Below, in pieces: positions 60,431-64,000 of a stretch of DNA of 64,000 bases. A program made the position numbers and the translations under genes. Under the pieces are notes generated by a model, which was not told the DNA's origin, made no database searches, and saw only the letters and a list, made by a program, of their open reading frames with translations. Origin of the DNA: Anthoceros angustus (Eukaryota; Plantae; Anthocerotophyta). The stretch spans positions 1,782,723 through 1,846,722 of the forward strand of contig MU008166.1 of NCBI GenBank assembly GCA_010909165.1, read 5' to 3'. Within the stretch, counting starts at the first letter, position 1. Each line of letters starts with the position of its first letter.

Positions 60431-60980
60431 GGTAGCATCTCAGCAGTCGATTTTTCGGCATCTGCGGCAATGAAACTTCTCAGCTTGACGATGAAGAGGA
60501 GGACAAATCCACAATGGGCACTCTACGGGAGTTGAGCAGCCTTCCTTCTTCCTCGCTTGAATCTGCAGATGGAGATCTCCAGGCAATGTCGTACAGGTGT
60601 GGATCCATCTCTTCCTGCTCGTATCAATCGGTGGTGACAGGGGGTGCCAAGCAGTTTCCTGCCATCTACGAATTTCTTCACCACCTGTAGGAGCAATCAC
60701 CTCTCCTTCTACATCAGCAGCAGTGACATCAATAGCAGCAGCGGCAATCAGCATCGGGTATCTTCTACATCATCATGGTTTGCAGCATCACCAAGGGCGG
60801 CGCCAACCACTTCTCCAGCCACAGAGGCAGGCGCGAGGGGCGCGTGCCCTCCTTTTTTCTTGTATAGACCTCCGGAGAGGTCTGTAGCAACCCTCCGATT
60901 GCCAATCCTTGGCGCGGTAGCAACCGCGCGCACGGAGAACCGCCCATGCGCGTCGCACCGCTGCCGGGTGGAGTGATGGG

Positions 60981-61199
60981 GCCGGGCCACAGGTGGAGGA
61001 CTGCGCCTCCACACGCGCTCCAACCGTATGGCGGTGCCGCGCCTCCACACGCGCTCCAACCGTATGGCGGTGTCGTGCCTCCACACGCGCTCCAACCGTA
61101 TGGCGGTGTCGTGCCTCCACACACGTGCCATGCGGATGCTGGTCGGGCGATCCGCGCGCACACACGCTGCCGGGCCACAGGTGGAGGACTGCGCCTCCA
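60981..61199. repeat. 36-bp tandem repeat (~3.3 copies) bracketed by a 31-bp direct repeat
   Basis: GCCTCCACAC at 61005, 61041, 61077 and 61113. GCCGGGCCACAGGTGGAGGACTGCGCCTCCA at 60981 and 61169. Confidence 0.9.
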
Positions 61200-61329
61200 T
61201 GCATGTCAGTAGGGTACCTCCTGCCCTCCTTCTCCGCCATAGCCAGATGCTTTAGCTCCTGTGCTCCCGCCATTCGCTCTCGACAACGACGGATGGCGGG
61301 GAGCAACCGTATCCACCCCCGAATACGGG

Positions 61330-61790
61330 CCAATTAGGGTATTTTTTATTTTTCGGGGTTTTTCCCATTTCTGAAGGGTTTTCCCCTCATATATGGGATT
61401 TCCCTTATGTCTTTTCGTAGATCCTATTTTATGATTTAATAATTATTTATTCCCTTTAATTATGGGTTAAGTTATATACTCATAACTTTCTACCTAGTGG
61501 GAGTTTGCTAGCTTATTTAGTTTCATTTTGAAGCTAATTTTTCACCCTTAATTCATAGTGAGTGGGAGTGATAAAATACGCTTTATTTAGGGCACTATTC
61601 ATAGGGCAGCTACATTAAACATTAATATCCTATTAGGGCATTAAGTGGTTACCTAATTAGTTTCTCTTAGGTAGTTAGTTGTTATATTAGTTACAATTAC
61701 TTATTGGTTACAACCACTTAATGGTTATAACCACCTTGCCTATATAAAGACATGTCCTTTCTATTATGCAATGCAACAAGCTTTTGTGCA
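61330..61790 (+). mobile_element. AT-rich LTR-like remnant
   Basis: AT-rich tract ending CCTATATAAAG (61739-61749), preceded by a GC-rich repeat block. No TG..CA pair or PBS identified. Confidence 0.35.
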
Positions 61791-61809
61791 AGTGTGTGTG
61801 CGTGATTTT

Positions 61810-62075
61810 CATCATGCAAATCATGGGCTTGGCCAAGTGGCACTTGTTCTATATGGACAAATGGAGAAGGAAGGCCTAATTGTGGGCAATCATGTTACCT
61901 TTGCTTGCCTTCTGAAGGCCTGTGCAAAGGCAAGTGCCTTAGAGAAGGGCAGGCAGCTGCACTAGCAGATTGTGGAAAGAATACATTTGGATAACATACT
62001 TGTGGGCGCTTCCCTAGTGAACCTGTATGCCAAGTGTGGCGAATTGGAAGATGCACGCCTCGTTTTCGACAGCTG
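61810..62075 (+). pseudogene. PLS-class PPR fragment
   Basis: HGLGQVALVLYGQMEKEG...VTFACLLKACAKASALEKGRQLH*...SLVNLYAKCGELEDARLVFD. Confidence 0.85.
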
Positions 62076-62933
62076 GGCCAAAACAATTCTTACAACGACA
62101 TTTACAATGCGCATGGCACTATGTACAAATCAATAAAGTTTTATAACATTTTACTACGTATTTGCAATGAACATTCCACATCAGCAATTTTTCCAATATA
62201 TAACCTCATAAATGACATAAATCAGGAAAAGGTTTCTTCCACAATTTTACAACGACATTTGTGACAAGCATGCCACATTAGCAATCTTCCTAATTAAAAC
62301 ATCATAAATGACATAAATAAGAAAAAGGTCTCTTCTACAATTTTACAACGATATTTGTGACAAACATGCCACATCAGCAAATAATATATTTATTCACGGA
62401 TATTAGCACATAATGACATAATTCATGAAAAAATCCGGCTTCTGCATTTTACAACCACAGTTACGACGCATGTGTCACGTCAGTAAATATACAATAAAAA
62501 TTAATAATCCAATAATATAACATAAATTCAAGAAACCATTTTACAACAATATTTTCAATGAACTTGCCACATCAGCAAATAATAAATTTATATATATATA
62601 TATTTTTAAAATGGTTTTCATTTGTTTTACAACCACAGTTACAACGCATGTGACATGTCATTAAATGAAAAAAAGATAATCCCATAACTAACATAAATCC
62701 AAATAAACATATTTACAACATCATTTGCAACGAACTTGCCAAATCAGCAAATAATAAATCTATTCATAGATATTCCCATAAATGGTATTATTCCAAAAAA
62801 TTAGGTCTTGCACAATTTACAACCACATCTACAACAAACATGGTTTATAACGTCTTTTACAAGAACCGTTTACAACATCCTTTACAAACAACTTGCCAAG
62901 TCATGATATATTCAATAAATGAGATGGAGATGA

Positions 62934-63172
62934 TTTATTGAGGTGAAAGAACGATGGAAAGAGACCATCTAGGAAGGGACAACAAATGGGGACCCGGGGG
63001 TCGGAGTGAAGAGGAGCAACTGAGATCCCTACCTAAAGTGACCAACTGCACCCACAATGTCATATGCAGGTAGAATAAACGGCCTGCAAACCACAGAGGA
63101 AGAGGAAAAGGCATCACCCACCGTCGCCGCCTTATGGAGAATCGCCGTTGAGAGCGCCTGTTGAAGAGCAAT
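62934..63172 (-). mobile_element. 5'-truncated CRE copy (3' UTR plus LQQALSTAILHK C-terminus)
   Basis: Colinear similarity to 25125-25350 with the same CACCTCAATAAA end. Confidence 0.8.
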
Positions 63173-63265
63173 AGAATGTAGTTTTATTAACAAATAACCC
63201 CTCTAATTTCCTAAATCAAAAAGAGTTTATGCACAATTAACTACGTCATGTACAACGAGCATGCC

Positions 63266-63545
63266 ATGTCAACAAACCCCCGTTGTAAAATCCGTGCCAA
63301 CATTCCATGTCAACAAACCCCCGTTGTAAAATCCGTGCCAACATTCCATGTCAACAAACCCCCGTTGTAAAATGCGTGCCAACATTTCATGTCAACAAAC
63401 CCCCGTTGTAAAATCCGTGCCAACATTCCATGTCAACAAACCCCCATTGTAAAATCCGTGCCAACATTCCATGTCAACAAACCCCCGTTGTAAAATCCGT
63501 GCCAACATTCCATGTCAACAAACCCCCGTTGTAAAATCCGTGTCA
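63266..63545. repeat. 41-bp tandem repeat, ~7 copies
   Basis: ATGTCAACAAACCCCCGTTGTAAAATCCGTGCCAACATTCC at 63266, 63307, 63348, 63389, 63430, 63471 and 63512. Confidence 0.95.
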
Positions 63546-63669
63546 CATCATATTGGTTAGGAACCCTTGTTGTAAATGTTCGAAAAACTTACAACAGGGC
63601 TTTGAGCTGTAGTAAGAGTGTTGTAGTTTCTTCTAACTAAACTTAGACCCATTTGGACGCCCACCGCGA

Positions 63670-63930
63670 TTGACTGTTAGCGGAACGTGCAAAGATGACA
63701 AAACACCGCAGCAAGAGTTATGTGGAGCCGCACAAGTATATTTTACTAGCCATTGATGGCATGGACCAGAAAAAGACAACGATCCCGCACATTTTGAGGT
63801 GGCTTAAGAATCTGGATGAGGAATCTCGCATTTCAGTACACGTTGTCGGTTGCATGATCCACAACTACACTCTCAAGGCCAGAGCATTTTTGCACTATTG
63901 ATGCCAATTTGACGATCAACGTGATTCAAG
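63670..63930 (+). mobile_element. Sola-like / DUF7869 transposase fragment (closest to family A)
   Basis: KYILLAIDGMDQKKTTIPH...ISVHVVGCMIHNYTLK. Confidence 0.8.
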
Positions 63931-64000
63931 AAACCATTTACAACAATATTTTCAATGAACTTGCCAAGTCATGATATATTCAATAAATGAGATGGAGATG

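Larger units (their letters stand above)
62080..63630. mobile_element. CACTA/EnSpm-like non-autonomous remnant with subterminal repeats
   Basis: Many TTTACAAC / GTTGTAAA motifs in both orientations and repeated GCCACATCAGCAAAT. Degenerate candidate termini CACTA (62117) and TGTAGTA (~63608). Confidence 0.5.

Noticed and set aside
63266-63545. 41-bp array (also the 47-, 36- and 30-bp arrays) as CRISPR
   Set aside because: Units are contiguous with no unique spacers, there are no cas genes and the context is eukaryotic.

Overview
Eukaryotic nuclear DNA from a land plant, most likely a non-seed lineage such as a hornwort, lycophyte or fern. This is inferred from PLS-class PPR remnants, CRE- and RTEX-type non-LTR elements and GC-rich genes with short introns. 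The left half (1-31.6 kb) is a nest of degenerate transposons: a gag-less Ty1/copia element with a 3' LTR, two divergent families of intron-containing Sola-like/DUF7869 DDD transposases oriented head-to-head, an NNF1/PMF1 kinetochore-like ORF between them, a ~6 kb CRE-clade RLE retrotransposon and an RTEX 3' end. The region 31.6-46.3 kb holds ~2 kb tandem duplications and a same-strand mosaic of pieces of a GH3 beta-xylosidase (BXL) locus joined at 7-12 nt microhomologies, probably an assembly or consensus artefact. The right part has the six-exon BXL gene (45.1-48.5 kb, minus), a tRNA-Asp-like gene, PPR, F-box/kelch and kinesin-12 pseudogenes, and an intact intronless 20-LRR receptor kinase with a non-RD, WAK-like kinase domain. 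More TE remnants follow (CRE and RTEX 3' ends, CACTA-like repeats, a DUF7869 fragment). Many frameshifts in the TE half look like long-read errors at CWG sites. All family assignments are by motif recognition without database searches, and TE boundaries are approximate.
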